Positions 50,076 to 60,136 of a stretch of 64,000 nt of DNA are shown piece by piece; the first letter of the stretch is position 1, and the number at the start of each line of letters is the position of its first letter. A model generated the notes under the pieces. The model did not search any database, was not told the DNA's origin, and saw only the letters and a program-made list of their open reading frames with translations. Location: NCBI GenBank assembly GCA_963826785.1, contig CAWGYD010000006.1, forward strand, positions 1,056,712-1,120,711. The letters run 5' to 3'. The position numbers and the translations under genes were made by a program. This DNA comes from an uncultured delta proteobacterium (lineage in GTDB: Bacteria; Desulfobacterota; Desulfobacteria; Desulfobacterales; Desulfosalsimonadaceae).

Positions 50076-50345
50076 GGTAGTCCCCTTTCATCAATCATGG
50101 ATGGTTTGATCAACGGTTTGAGTTCATGCTCATCTGACCAGAACACGCAAATAACCGTTCCGGTCATTATCATCTGATCAGTTACCCTTAAGAATGGAGT
50201 TTGCGGCCTGAATTGTAAATCAAGGCAATCCTTTATTTAGGGGGCAAATTTCATGTATTTGGAGAAGATGGGAGCAAAAGAGCCGGAGGGGATTACCTGT
50301 CAGGAATGCGGTTTGGTGACCAGCGGCAAAAGCGATGCAGGAGAA

Positions 50346-50376
50346 GCTTATCCCTTGCATACACCAAGGGATAAGC
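50346..50376 (-). terminator. Hairpin downstream of the small lipoprotein gene
   Basis: GCTTATCCCTTG-7 nt-CAAGGGATAAGC. Confidence 0.55.
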
Positions 50377-50391
50377 ATGGATTAAAGCATA

Positions 50392-50619
50392 TTAACGCGT
50401 GGCATCGCCCACTTCGTCAGCGGCTTCGCCAACGGCGTCGCCGGTCTTCTCACTGGCGTTTCCCACGGTATCCCCGATTTTCTCACCGGTATCCCCGATG
50501 GAATCCCCGATCTGTTCGCCGGTGTCGCCCACCCCATTATCGTTATTGCATCCTACGGCACCGATCGTCAGGGCCAATAAAACTGCCAGGATCGCAAGTA
50601 ATTTCTTTAAATTCGCCAT
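50392..50619 (-). CDS. Small lipoprotein with four 11-residue repeats
   Basis: Lipobox AVGC; GDTGEQIGDSI/GDTGEKIGDTV/GNASEKTGDAV/GEAADEVGDAT; AGGAGG RBS. Confidence 0.8.
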   Translation of the reverse strand: MANLKKLLAILAVLLALTIGAVGCNNDNGVGDTGEQIGDSIGDTGEKIGDTVGNASEKTGDAVGEAADEVGDATR

Positions 50620-50933
50620 TTTTTTCCTCCTTTTCTCTTGAGATGATCTGGTGAACAGCGCGTGCGCTTTCGGATCTGATTTTTTGATAAATCATCGAAA
50701 AATCGGATCCAACGATTACAGGATAAATCATCAGGTGAAAAAGAGTATGGAGCTAAACCTGTATTTTCCCCTTGTTTAGGAGGTATTCCAAGGGGTGTCG
50801 CGCATACTTTTTATGGATTAATTTTCAATTCGGCTTGCGAATGCGGCGGCCCATACCTATTTATTTGATGGTTCCCCGGCGCTCTTTTCAAATTACATCG
50901 AAAAAAAACAAAACAGGTATCGGACTCAGTCAA

Positions 50934-52139
50934 TTGAAGCACAGAACACGGACGCCATCGGCAATCGTGGCCGGCTGCCACAGCATCGGCTACGGCATCA
51001 TCCGGTCTCTGGGAGAAGAAAATGTCCCGGTTGTCGCCGTTTCCTATTCCCACAAGGATATGGGAACCGTTTCCAGGTATGTGCGTCAGGCGGAAAAAAT
51101 CGCCCATCCGGAAACCCACTCGGCGCAGTTTCTGGAACAGATGGAAAAGATCGGACGCCGCCTGGGCGGCGGCATCTTGTTCCCTTCCGATGATGCCACG
51201 CTGTCGACGATTTCACGGAATAAAAAGTACCTCTCCGATTTTTTCACCGTGGCCTGCCCGGAGTGGGCGGTCATCCGAAGAATCATCGACAAGCGCTACA
51301 CCTATGAAATTGCCGCTATCAACAATATTGCCGCGCCAAAAACCTTTTGCATCGAAAACGAATCACAGATCGATGCGGTCAAGGACCGGCTCAGCTTTCC
51401 CTCCATTATCAAACCCCGGCGCAGCCATCTTTTTGCCGAACAGTTTCACTGCAAGGCATTCAAGGCGAATACCGAAGCGGAATTAAAGGCCTATTTTGCT
51501 TTGTGCAAGGCGCATCGGCTGTCCGTGATGGTGCAGGAATTCATCCCCGGCCCGGATACATTAAACGTCAATTACAATTCCTTTTTCCGCGATGGAAGAC
51601 CTCTGGCGGAATTCACCGCCCGCAAGGTGCGGCTTTCCCAGCCCAGCTTCGGGATTCCCCGCTGTGTAAGGAGCCAGAAAATTCCGGAGATTATCGCTCC
51701 GGGCCGCAAAATTTTAAATGCGGTGGGATTTCAGGGGTATTCCTGCACGGAATTCAAACAGGATCCCCGGGACGGCGTATATAAGCTGCTGGAGATCAAC
51801 GGCCGCCACAACCGGTCCGGCCTGCTGGCACTCAAGTGCGGCATCAATTTTCCATTTACGGAATACCAGTATCTCTGTGGTGGAAAAGACCGGCCATATC
51901 GGACATTCAAGCAAAACGTGTTCTGGATCGATGAATTTCATGACCTGTTTTCCACCATTAAATATCGCAAACACGAAGCCTATTCCATCCGGGACTACCT
52001 GCGCCCCTATCTGCGTTCAAATATCTTTTCCATTTACAACCCGCGGGATTTAAGCCCTTTTCTGTTCAGAATTAGAAATTTGTACGCCCAGCTGATCGGC
52101 AGGGCCGCCCGAAACGGCTTTAATGAATTCGGCGGGTAG
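50934..52139 (+). CDS. ATP-grasp carboxylate-amine ligase (D-aspartate ligase-like); start uncertain
   Basis: IIRSLG, LFPSDD, FPSIIKP, VQEFIPG, EFKQDPRDGVYKLLEINGR. Confidence 0.8.
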   Translation: MKHRTRTPSAIVAGCHSIGYGIIRSLGEENVPVVAVSYSHKDMGTVSRYVRQAEKIAHPETHSAQFLEQMEKIGRRLGGGILFPSDDATLSTISRNKKYLSDFFTVACPEWAVIRRIIDKRYTYEIAAINNIAAPKTFCIENESQIDAVKDRLSFPSIIKPRRSHLFAEQFHCKAFKANTEAELKAYFALCKAHRLSVMVQEFIPGPDTLNVNYNSFFRDGRPLAEFTARKVRLSQPSFGIPRCVRSQKIPEIIAPGRKILNAVGFQGYSCTEFKQDPRDGVYKLLEINGRHNRSGLLALKCGINFPFTEYQYLCGGKDRPYRTFKQNVFWIDEFHDLFSTIKYRKHEAYSIRDYLRPYLRSNIFSIYNPRDLSPFLFRIRNLYAQLIGRAARNGFNEFGG

Positions 52140-52255
52140 TCTTTTGTTTTTTTCCTTCCTTTGTGAATCGAATTCCGTTATAAGTTAAAATATTTGCATT
52201 CATTGCGCGTTTTACGGCACCCCACCGCCTACTTTATCGATGTTTACGAAAACTG

Positions 52256-53071
52256 ATGAACCGATATCGTATCGAACACCGTGATCTTGAGCTGGTAAAC
52301 CGGTTCCGGTATAAAGTGGAAGAAAAGGCCGCCCGCCGGAAAAGGCTTCGCCGGAAGCTGACCGGAGCCGGCCTGGTGGTCTGCATGGCGGCGGCCCTGT
52401 CGCTGTATGTCTTCTTTTCGCCGGATGGGGACAAGACGATCGCAAACCGCTCCGCGCCGGTGGCTCTGATCCAGGCGCCCCGACAGTTGCAAGGGCAAAG
52501 CGCGGATCAGGTGAAAATAGAAAATGTCGCCCCGCAGGTGGCGACAGATGGTGCCTTGGAGGAAACGCCCGCGCCCTCGCCCGCGCCATCGGCAACGGCC
52601 TCAGCTGTTTTTCCAACGGCAGACGCCATCGACTACAACCCACCCATCAAAAAAGCGGTTTTTGAAAAACCGGAGATCAAAACGCCGGCGGTTCTGGCTG
52701 AAAAAAAATCGGCGTCATCATTACCCCGGCCAATTGTAGAAAAATCTATCCGCATTAATCGAATCGTCTCCTGCCGGGAGGTGAAGAACCGAAAATCAAC
52801 GGGTAGCCAGACGACGTTTTCGGTTGAAAAGAATGCGCGGCTGTGGGTCTGGATGGAGGTGCAGTCAAAGACGCTTCCCCGCACCCTGCGGCATGTCTAT
52901 TTCATGAACGGCCGGCGCTTCTGTGAAGTCCCTTTAAGCATCGATTATTCCCGTACGCGTACATGGAGCAACATTTCGCTTTCTTTAGCGGATGTGGGTA
53001 AGTGGCGCGTGGATGTGATAAATGAAACCGGGGAGGTCCTTTCCCGGGTCCAATTTGACGTCATACCGTAA
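52256..53071 (+). CDS. DUF2914-like domain protein with N-terminal TM and Pro/Ala linker
   Basis: CREVKNRK, LRHVYF, RTWS, GKWRVDV C-terminal Ig-like pattern. Confidence 0.72.
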   Translation: MNRYRIEHRDLELVNRFRYKVEEKAARRKRLRRKLTGAGLVVCMAAALSLYVFFSPDGDKTIANRSAPVALIQAPRQLQGQSADQVKIENVAPQVATDGALEETPAPSPAPSATASAVFPTADAIDYNPPIKKAVFEKPEIKTPAVLAEKKSASSLPRPIVEKSIRINRIVSCREVKNRKSTGSQTTFSVEKNARLWVWMEVQSKTLPRTLRHVYFMNGRRFCEVPLSIDYSRTRTWSNISLSLADVGKWRVDVINETGEVLSRVQFDVIP

Positions 53072-53223
53072 ATAAGACCGGTCCCCGCCGGGCGCATCCT
53101 GCCGCAAATACCATTTTGCCCGGTGAAACATACCCTCCAGCACTAATTTTTCATGCCCCTTCTTTTCGGTTACCCTGATTAAAAGATCATCAGCGAAAAC
53201 GGGTAATAGAAGAAAGGCGGTTC

Positions 53224-53643
53224 ATGCTGGTTGCATTGTGCATAGGGATCACTTTGTCGGTGACTGTGGCGGCGATTCATTTCGAATCGTTTAATCTGAT
53301 TGCGAGAAGTTATTCCCGATTGTCCTACCGGCCCCGAATGCTGGCGGTTTTCCTCTCTGTTTATTTGACCCACCTGATTGAAATCGTCATTTACACGGGT
53401 GCCTACTACGTGCTGAACAACCGGTGGGGGCTGGGATATTTTTCGGAGCCGTTTTCCTTTTCGCTGACCAACCTGTTCTATTATTCCACCGTCAGCTACA
53501 CGACCCTGGGGCTTTCCAGCTTTTATGCCCAGGGACCCCTCAAAATCGTCGCCAGCCTGGAGTCGCTGACCGGGTTCATGCTGATCACCTGGTCCGCGTC
53601 ATTTGCGTACCGGTCCTTCGGAAGATTTTGGAAACTGGAGTAA
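53224..53643 (+). CDS. Small ion-channel pore (Ion_trans_2) family membrane protein
   Basis: FYYSTVSYTTLG pore helix, ESLTGFMLITWSASF. Confidence 0.78.
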   Translation: MLVALCIGITLSVTVAAIHFESFNLIARSYSRLSYRPRMLAVFLSVYLTHLIEIVIYTGAYYVLNNRWGLGYFSEPFSFSLTNLFYYSTVSYTTLGLSSFYAQGPLKIVASLESLTGFMLITWSASFAYRSFGRFWKLE

Positions 53644-53646
53644 TGG

Positions 53647-56097
53647 TTAATCCACCGGCTGGACCTCCCAGATTTTTTCCGCATATTCCCGCACGGCCCG
53701 GTCGCTGGAGAATTTGCCCATACCGGCGGTGTTCAGGATGGAACAGCGGGTCCAGGCATCGGGTTTCCGGTAGAGCTGCCCGACCTGCTGCTGCATGTCC
53801 ACATAGGGCCGGTAGTCGGCCATGATCATGTAATAATCGCCATGGTGGAGCAGGGAATCGATGATGGGATCATACAGGTGCGGCGTATCGGGGGAGAACA
53901 GGCCGGATTGAATCCGTTCGATTACGGATGTAAGTTCAGGGTCATTTTTGAAGCTTTCCTGGGGATTGTATCCACTCACGCGCATGAGTTCCACCTCTTC
54001 GGCCCTTAAGCCGAAGATGAAGATGTTGTCTTTGCCCACCTCCTCCATGATCTCCACGTTGGCGCCGTCTAAAGTGCCGATGGTCAATGCGCCGTTTAGT
54101 GAAAGCTTCATGTTTCCGGTGCCGGACGCCTCCATGCCCGCAGTCGAGATCTGCTCGGACAGGTCGGCGGCAGGGATGATCTTTTCCGCCTTGGACACAC
54201 AGTAATTCGGAAGGAATACCACCTTGATCCGGCCGGCCACATCCGGATCGGCATTCACCACTTCGGCCACGGAGTTGATCAGCTTGATGACCAGTTTGGC
54301 CATGTAATATCCCGGCGCCGCCTTGCCGCCGAAAATAAAGGTGCGGGGAACCACATCCGTTGCCGGGTCTTCCTTGATGCGGTTGAACAATGTGATCACG
54401 TGAAAGATGTTGAGCAGCTGGCGCTTGTATTCGTGTATCCGCTTGATCTGGACATCAAACAGGGTATCTGCGCCGATGGTGATGCCCGTCTGTTCAAAAA
54501 CATAATGGGCCAGCCGAAGCTTGTTTTGCTGCTTCACCTGACGCCATTGCGCACAGAAATCAAGATTTTCGGCAAAGGGCGTCAGCCTGCGCAGCTGGGT
54601 GAGGTCGAAAATCCAGTCTTTTCCGATGGCTGTGCAGATCAGGTCCGTCAAATCCGGGTTGACCTGGAGAATCCACCGCCGGGGCGTGATCCCGTTGGTG
54701 ATATTGATGAATTTATTCGGAAAATATTCGTGAAAGTCTGCAAACAGCCGCTCCTTCAAGATCCGGGTGTGCAGTTCGGAGACGCCGTTGACCCGGTGGC
54801 TGCCCACAATGGCCAGATGGGCCATTCGGACCTGCCCGTGGTGGATGATGCCCATCCGGAACCTTTTTTCGGATCGGCCCGGAAAGCGTGATTCCACCTG
54901 TTCGAGAAACTGCCGGTTGATTTCGGAGATGATGTCCATGTGCCGGGGCAGCACCCGGGCGATCAGGTCCACCGGCCAGACTTCCAGTGCTTCGGGAAGT
55001 ACGGTATGGTTGGTGTAGGCAAACGTCTGGGTGCAGACCGTCCAGGCTTCGTCCCAGTCCAGGTTTTCCTCATCGATGAGAATACGCATCAGTTCGGGAA
55101 TGGCGATGCATGGATGGGTATCATTGAGCTGGATGGCCACCGCATCGGGAAACCGGGCAAAATTGGTCTGCTGACGCTTGAATCGGCGGATGATATCCTT
55201 GAAAGAGGCCGCCACGAAGAAATACTGCTGCTTGAGCCGCAGCTCCTTTCCGGCGATGCTCTCATCCTTGGGGTAGAGCACCTTGGAGATGGTTTCGCTC
55301 AGCACCTTGGCCTCCACCGCCCCGATATAATCGCCCTCGTTGAATTCCTGCAGGTTGAATTCCCGGGAAGACAGGGCGGACCACAGGCGCATGTTGTGGG
55401 CCTTGCCGTTTTTCTGGCCGGGAATCAGGTAGTCGCAGGCCATGGCCATGACATTGTCCGTGTCCACCCAGCAGTAGCGGGTGGAGCCGTCCGGGTAGAT
55501 GTAGCAGGACGACCTCCCGTAAAACTTGATTTCATAAAGGCTATACTGCCGCTTGAACTCCCAGGCGGAACCCCGGCGCAGCCAGTTGTCGCTCTTTTCC
55601 ACCTGCCATCCGTGATGGAACTGCTGATAGAAAATTCCGTAATCGTAACGGATGCCGTATCCGTAACCCGGGATGCCCAGCGTGGCCATGGAATCCAGGA
55701 AACAGGACGCCAGCCGACCGAGTCCGCCGTTGCCGATCCCTGCATCCCATTCTTCCTCGGCGAGTTCCTCCAGATCCAGACCCACGGCGGAAAGCGCCTT
55801 TTTGCAGGTGTCCAGCAGGCCCAGTTTCATGATGTTGTTGATCAAAAACCGGCCGGGGAGAAACTCCAGGGAAAGATAATAGACCCGCTTGGCATTGACT
55901 TCATAGAAGCGGCGCTGGGTCTTGAGCCATTGCTCGGTCAACCGCTCCCGGATGCTCAGGGCCAGCCCGGTATAATACGTGTCTTTTTTGGGCGGATCAA
56001 AATCGTTTCCCATATACGACATGATATGGTGCTGGATGTCCGCCAGCAGCTGTTCCGGCTCGGGGCTCAGAGAAAAATAGGCGGTATCTGGATGCAA
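53647..56097 (-). CDS. glgP: Glycogen/starch phosphorylase
   Basis: GNGGLGRLASCF, QLNDTHP, YTNHT, KRIHEYKRQ, EASGTGNMK (PLP lysine). Confidence 0.97.
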   Translation of the reverse strand: MHPDTAYFSLSPEPEQLLADIQHHIMSYMGNDFDPPKKDTYYTGLALSIRERLTEQWLKTQRRFYEVNAKRVYYLSLEFLPGRFLINNIMKLGLLDTCKKALSAVGLDLEELAEEEWDAGIGNGGLGRLASCFLDSMATLGIPGYGYGIRYDYGIFYQQFHHGWQVEKSDNWLRRGSAWEFKRQYSLYEIKFYGRSSCYIYPDGSTRYCWVDTDNVMAMACDYLIPGQKNGKAHNMRLWSALSSREFNLQEFNEGDYIGAVEAKVLSETISKVLYPKDESIAGKELRLKQQYFFVAASFKDIIRRFKRQQTNFARFPDAVAIQLNDTHPCIAIPELMRILIDEENLDWDEAWTVCTQTFAYTNHTVLPEALEVWPVDLIARVLPRHMDIISEINRQFLEQVESRFPGRSEKRFRMGIIHHGQVRMAHLAIVGSHRVNGVSELHTRILKERLFADFHEYFPNKFINITNGITPRRWILQVNPDLTDLICTAIGKDWIFDLTQLRRLTPFAENLDFCAQWRQVKQQNKLRLAHYVFEQTGITIGADTLFDVQIKRIHEYKRQLLNIFHVITLFNRIKEDPATDVVPRTFIFGGKAAPGYYMAKLVIKLINSVAEVVNADPDVAGRIKVVFLPNYCVSKAEKIIPAADLSEQISTAGMEASGTGNMKLSLNGALTIGTLDGANVEIMEEVGKDNIFIFGLRAEEVELMRVSGYNPQESFKNDPELTSVIERIQSGLFSPDTPHLYDPIIDSLLHHGDYYMIMADYRPYVDMQQQVGQLYRKPDAWTRCSILNTAGMGKFSSDRAVREYAEKIWEVQPVD

Positions 56098-56105
56098 ACG
56101 GCCTC

Positions 56106-56411
56106 CTATTGCAGCAAATATTGTCGTGCCGCTCTGGGGATACCGGTCCCGTTGATCTGGTTCCGGATGCGGTCGACTCTTTTCTGGAGCCTGACGGAGC
56201 GGGTTTTGCGGCGGGTATCGATGCCCAGCGCCTCATTGAGCGGGCATGTCCGGGTTACGGCGGATTCGGCGATAAGCGCACCGCCGATCATGGCGGCAAG
56301 GCCTGCCGCCCGCCCCTTCTTTCCCTGAAGCCTGCTGTACCCCGCATAAACCAGCAGCGGTCCTGCAATGCTGCGCCAGGCCTGATCGGCGCGCCCGACA
56401 TTCTCTTTCAT
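56106..56411 (-). CDS. DUF2892 (YgaP-like) membrane protein
   Basis: NVGRADQAWR...TRTCPLNEALGIDT; GGAGG RBS. Confidence 0.8.
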   Translation of the reverse strand: MKENVGRADQAWRSIAGPLLVYAGYSRLQGKKGRAAGLAAMIGGALIAESAVTRTCPLNEALGIDTRRKTRSVRLQKRVDRIRNQINGTGIPRAARQYLLQ

Positions 56412-56668
56412 ATCTGCCTCCCAAAAATTCAGGTTGTCTGTTTTTCTTTTCGCAAAAATTTAGTTTGTACTTTACTTCAGGATAACCACCCGAAAAAGGA
56501 ATCGCAAAATGTTCAAACCCGCAAAAGGACGCACGCGGCACTGCCTGACGGCATGCAGGATGTGCGAATCGGCACTATAATGAAATGTCGAGGCCGCGGT
56601 TTCGGAAAAATTTCATTATATCCGGGCGCACGGTGTTTTTACTGAAAAGGAGTTTTTGGCCGCGAGGG

Positions 56669-56810
56669 ACACCCCCCCTGCCCCCCCTCAAGGGGGGAAT
56701 TGGAAAAAGGAGGCCTCGAGGGGGGAATTGAAAAAGGGGGGCTCGAGGGGGAATTGAAGAAGGGGGGCCTCCATTTCTTATTCCCCCCTGAGGGGGGCGA
56801 AGGGGGGTGT
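56669..56810. repeat. Family-B REP-like inverted pair enclosing ~26-27 bp tandem units
   Basis: ACACCCCCCTGCCCCCCTCAAGGGGGGAAT; three CTCRAGGGGG(G)AATTG..AAGG.GG units; closing ATTCCCCCCTGAGGGGGGCGAAGGGGGGTGT. Confidence 0.78.
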
Positions 56811-57064
56811 ATGGACCTGCGGACAACAAAAAAATGAGGTCGTATCCATCCACAAATGGCTAATTTGCCCAATTTCTGCGTCAGGCTCAAATTTTAATCC
56901 TCAAAATACGTTGAGTATTCCTGCGGTTAAAATTTTCGCCTTCCTTGAACTTGAACAAATTATCTCATTCGTGGATGGACACGAGGTCATTTAAATGATT
57001 TGCCGGGTTACTGTAAGTTCCGTAAAAGCGCGGTTAACCCCGAATCGGCAGGAAGGGAAAAAAT

Positions 57065-57556
57065 ATGGAAAACTGGTTTCATTTCTACATCGGATCGGAT
57101 CCGCGCACCATATTATGGTGGCAGATGTGCATTCGGGGGATCCTGATTTTTTTCTGGGCACTGCTGATGGTCCGGATCGGCGGCAAGCGGATATTCGGAA
57201 AATTTACCGGGTTTGACATCGTCTTAAGCGTCATCCTCGGTTCCATCCTCAGCCGCGCCCTGACCGGAAACGCCCGATTCATCCCCACCATTGCCGCTGC
57301 CAGCACCATTACACTGCTTCATATCGTGTTGGCCAACATTTCATTTTACACGAAGGTATTGGGCCACATCATCAAGGGGAATGAGACCCTTTTGATCAAA
57401 GACGGGGAGATCCTTTGGGAAAATATGCGAAAAGCCAATGTGACCGAACATGATCTCAGGGAGGAACTGCGGTTGAACGCCAGCCGGGAAACCTTCGAGG
57501 GCATAAAATCGGCTTACCTGGAGCGCAGCGGCAGCATCAGTTTCATCAAGGGGTAA
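57065..57556 (+). CDS. DUF421/YetF domain protein
   Basis: RIGGKR...FDIVLSVILGS, LIKDGEI, AYLERSGSISFI. Confidence 0.88.
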   Translation: MENWFHFYIGSDPRTILWWQMCIRGILIFFWALLMVRIGGKRIFGKFTGFDIVLSVILGSILSRALTGNARFIPTIAAASTITLLHIVLANISFYTKVLGHIIKGNETLLIKDGEILWENMRKANVTEHDLREELRLNASRETFEGIKSAYLERSGSISFIKG

Positions 57557-57714
57557 TCCTTCCGCGGACGTTCATATCCATTGATTGCGGACTCGGCATT
57601 CGGGTTTGTCATTCCAAAAATAGGGGATCGACCGTATTTATCCCACGCGGAGAACACCCGTAGAATGAAATGTGTTCTTCTTTCAAAATATTTGCGGTGG
57701 TGAAGGATTTTTTT

Positions 57715-60132
57715 ATGGCACTCTGGGCACTGGCCTATGACGGATATGTTCCTGAACAGGAGGGGCTGCGCGAAGCCCTGTGCACGCTGGGCAATGGATA
57801 CTTCTGTACCCGGGGGGCCGGTTTCGATGCAAAAGCCGATAACACGCGCTACCCGGGCACCTACCTGGCCGGGGGATACAACCGGCTGACCACCGAAATC
57901 GCAGGTCATGTCATCGAAAATGAAGACCTGGTGAATATCCCCAACTGGCTGCCCTTGACCTTCCGGCTGCCCGGCGGCCCGTGGTTCAAGCTGACCGAGG
58001 TCAAGCTTCTGGACTATCGCCAGGAACTCAACATCCGCCAGGGAATCCTGAGGCGGAACATCCGGTTTGAAGATGATCAGGGGCGCATCACCCGGCTGGA
58101 CGAACACCGGCTGGTCCACATGGAAAACTGCCACCTGGCCGGACTGTCCGTCACGTTGATCCCGGAAAACTGGTCCGGAACGCTGTCCCTGCGCACAGCG
58201 CTCGACGGTCGGGTGGTCAATGCCGGGGTCAAGCGGTACAGCGACCTTGAAAATCGCCACCTGGTGCCCCTGGAATCCAGATGCGAGGCGGAAGACATCC
58301 TTTATTTAAAAGTCAGGACCAGCCAGTCCCGGGTCGAGATCGCCATGGCCGCCCGCACCCGGGTCTATGAAAACGGCGCTGCGGCGGGTTCTCAAAGAAA
58401 ATGCACAGCGGAGAATGGCTTTGCGGCCCAGGAGTTTTCAGCCGAAGCCGTAGAGGGAAAGCCGCTTTCCATTGAAAAAATAATCACCCTGTATACCTCC
58501 CGGGATTTTGCCATCACCGAATGCGGCATGGAAGCCCTGCGCGAAATTTCGCGCATCGGCCGGTTTGCGGAGTTGATGGAGACCCACAGCCTGACCTGGA
58601 AGCACCTGTGGCGACGGTTCAACATCCGGTTTGAGCATACGGATCCGGAAGAGGGGGACCGGACCGGGATGATTCTGCACCTTCACATCTTCCATCTGCT
58701 CCAGACCACATCCGTTCACACCATGGACCTGGACGCGGGGGTGCCTTCCCGGGGATGGCACGGGGAGGCCTACCGGGGGCATATCCTGTGGGATGAACTC
58801 TTCATCTTTCCGATTTTAAACCTGAGGCTGCCGGCCATTACCCGCAGCCTGCTCATGTACCGGTTCCGCCGGCTGGATGAGGCCCGGTTCCTGGCCCGGA
58901 AAGCGGGTCACGCCGGGGCCATGTACCCCTGGCAGAGCGGCAGCGACGGCCGGGAGGAAAGCCAGAACATCCATCTCAATCCCGCCTCCGGCCGCTGGAT
59001 TGCGGACAACTCCCAGCGCCAGCGGCATGTGAACGCCGCCATCGCCTACAACATCTACCAGTTTTTCCAGGTCACCGGCGACATGGAGTTTTTGTCTTTT
59101 TACGGCACCGAGATGTTTTTGGAGATCGCGCGCTTCTGGGCGAGCATCTCCGTTTACAATGAAGCGGAAGACCGCTACGAAATCAAGGGGGTCATGGGCC
59201 CAGATGAATATCACGACCAGTACCCCCATGCGGATCAACCCGGCCTGAACAACAACGCCTACACCAATGTGATGGCCGTCTGGGTGCTGATGCATGCCCT
59301 TCGCATCCTGCGGGAGCTGCTCACGGAAGACCGGGCAAAGGAAATCTGCGAAACCCTTCGGATCGGTCCCGATGAACTGGACCGGTGGGAGGTGATCAGC
59401 CGGAAAATGAAAATCGTGTTTCATGATGACGGCATCATCAGCCAGTTTGAAGGATACGGCGATTTAAAGGAGTTCGACTGGGAGGGGTACAAGCAGAAAT
59501 ACGGCAATATCCAGCGGCTGGACCGGATCCTGGAGGCGGAAAACGACTCGGTCAACCACTACAAGATCTCCAAGCAGGCCGATGTGCTGATGCTCTTCTA
59601 CCTGTTCTCGGCAAACGAGCTGCAGACGATTTTCGACCGGCTGGGATACACTTTCGACAAGAAATCCATCCCGAAAAATATCGAATACTACATCAACCGC
59701 ACCTCCCACGGGTCCACCCTGAGCTGGGTGGTGCACGCCTGGGTGACGGCGCGGATGGACCGCAAACGGTCCTGGCAGCTGTTCGAGGAAGCGCTTCATG
59801 CGGATTTAAAAGACATTCAGGGCGGAACCACGCCCGAGGGGATCCACCTGGGGGCCATGGCCGGCACCGTGGACCTGATCAAGGAAGGATATACCGGCAT
59901 CCAGCTGCATGGCGAGGTGCTGTGGTTCAAACCCCGCTTGCCCGGTCCCCTCAAACGCCTGGGCATGCAGATCCGCTACCGTGGCCATACCCTGGAGATG
60001 GATATTGACCGGCAGACGCTGACCCTCACTTCGTTAAAGGCTGCTGAAAGGCCCATCCGGGTGGGTTACCAGGATAACGTGTACGACCTGGAAGCCGAAA
60101 TGACCCTCACCTTCCGGCTGAAGGAGGGATGA
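57715..60132 (+). CDS. Glycoside hydrolase family 65 phosphorylase/hydrolase
   Basis: REALCTLGNGYF, YRGHILWDE, GAMYPWQSG, GPDEYH, KQADV, HGSTLS, GIHLGAMAG. Confidence 0.93.
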   Translation: MALWALAYDGYVPEQEGLREALCTLGNGYFCTRGAGFDAKADNTRYPGTYLAGGYNRLTTEIAGHVIENEDLVNIPNWLPLTFRLPGGPWFKLTEVKLLDYRQELNIRQGILRRNIRFEDDQGRITRLDEHRLVHMENCHLAGLSVTLIPENWSGTLSLRTALDGRVVNAGVKRYSDLENRHLVPLESRCEAEDILYLKVRTSQSRVEIAMAARTRVYENGAAAGSQRKCTAENGFAAQEFSAEAVEGKPLSIEKIITLYTSRDFAITECGMEALREISRIGRFAELMETHSLTWKHLWRRFNIRFEHTDPEEGDRTGMILHLHIFHLLQTTSVHTMDLDAGVPSRGWHGEAYRGHILWDELFIFPILNLRLPAITRSLLMYRFRRLDEARFLARKAGHAGAMYPWQSGSDGREESQNIHLNPASGRWIADNSQRQRHVNAAIAYNIYQFFQVTGDMEFLSFYGTEMFLEIARFWASISVYNEAEDRYEIKGVMGPDEYHDQYPHADQPGLNNNAYTNVMAVWVLMHALRILRELLTEDRAKEICETLRIGPDELDRWEVISRKMKIVFHDDGIISQFEGYGDLKEFDWEGYKQKYGNIQRLDRILEAENDSVNHYKISKQADVLMLFYLFSANELQTIFDRLGYTFDKKSIPKNIEYYINRTSHGSTLSWVVHAWVTARMDRKRSWQLFEEALHADLKDIQGGTTPEGIHLGAMAGTVDLIKEGYTGIQLHGEVLWFKPRLPGPLKRLGMQIRYRGHTLEMDIDRQTLTLTSLKAAERPIRVGYQDNVYDLEAEMTLTFRLKEG

Positions 60133-60136
60133 TGAA

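Noticed and set aside
47847..57064. SigB-like promoters (GGGTAA/GGGTTA boxes) upstream of several stress genes
   Set aside because: The -35 elements and spacings were inconsistent between sites; not supportable by eye.
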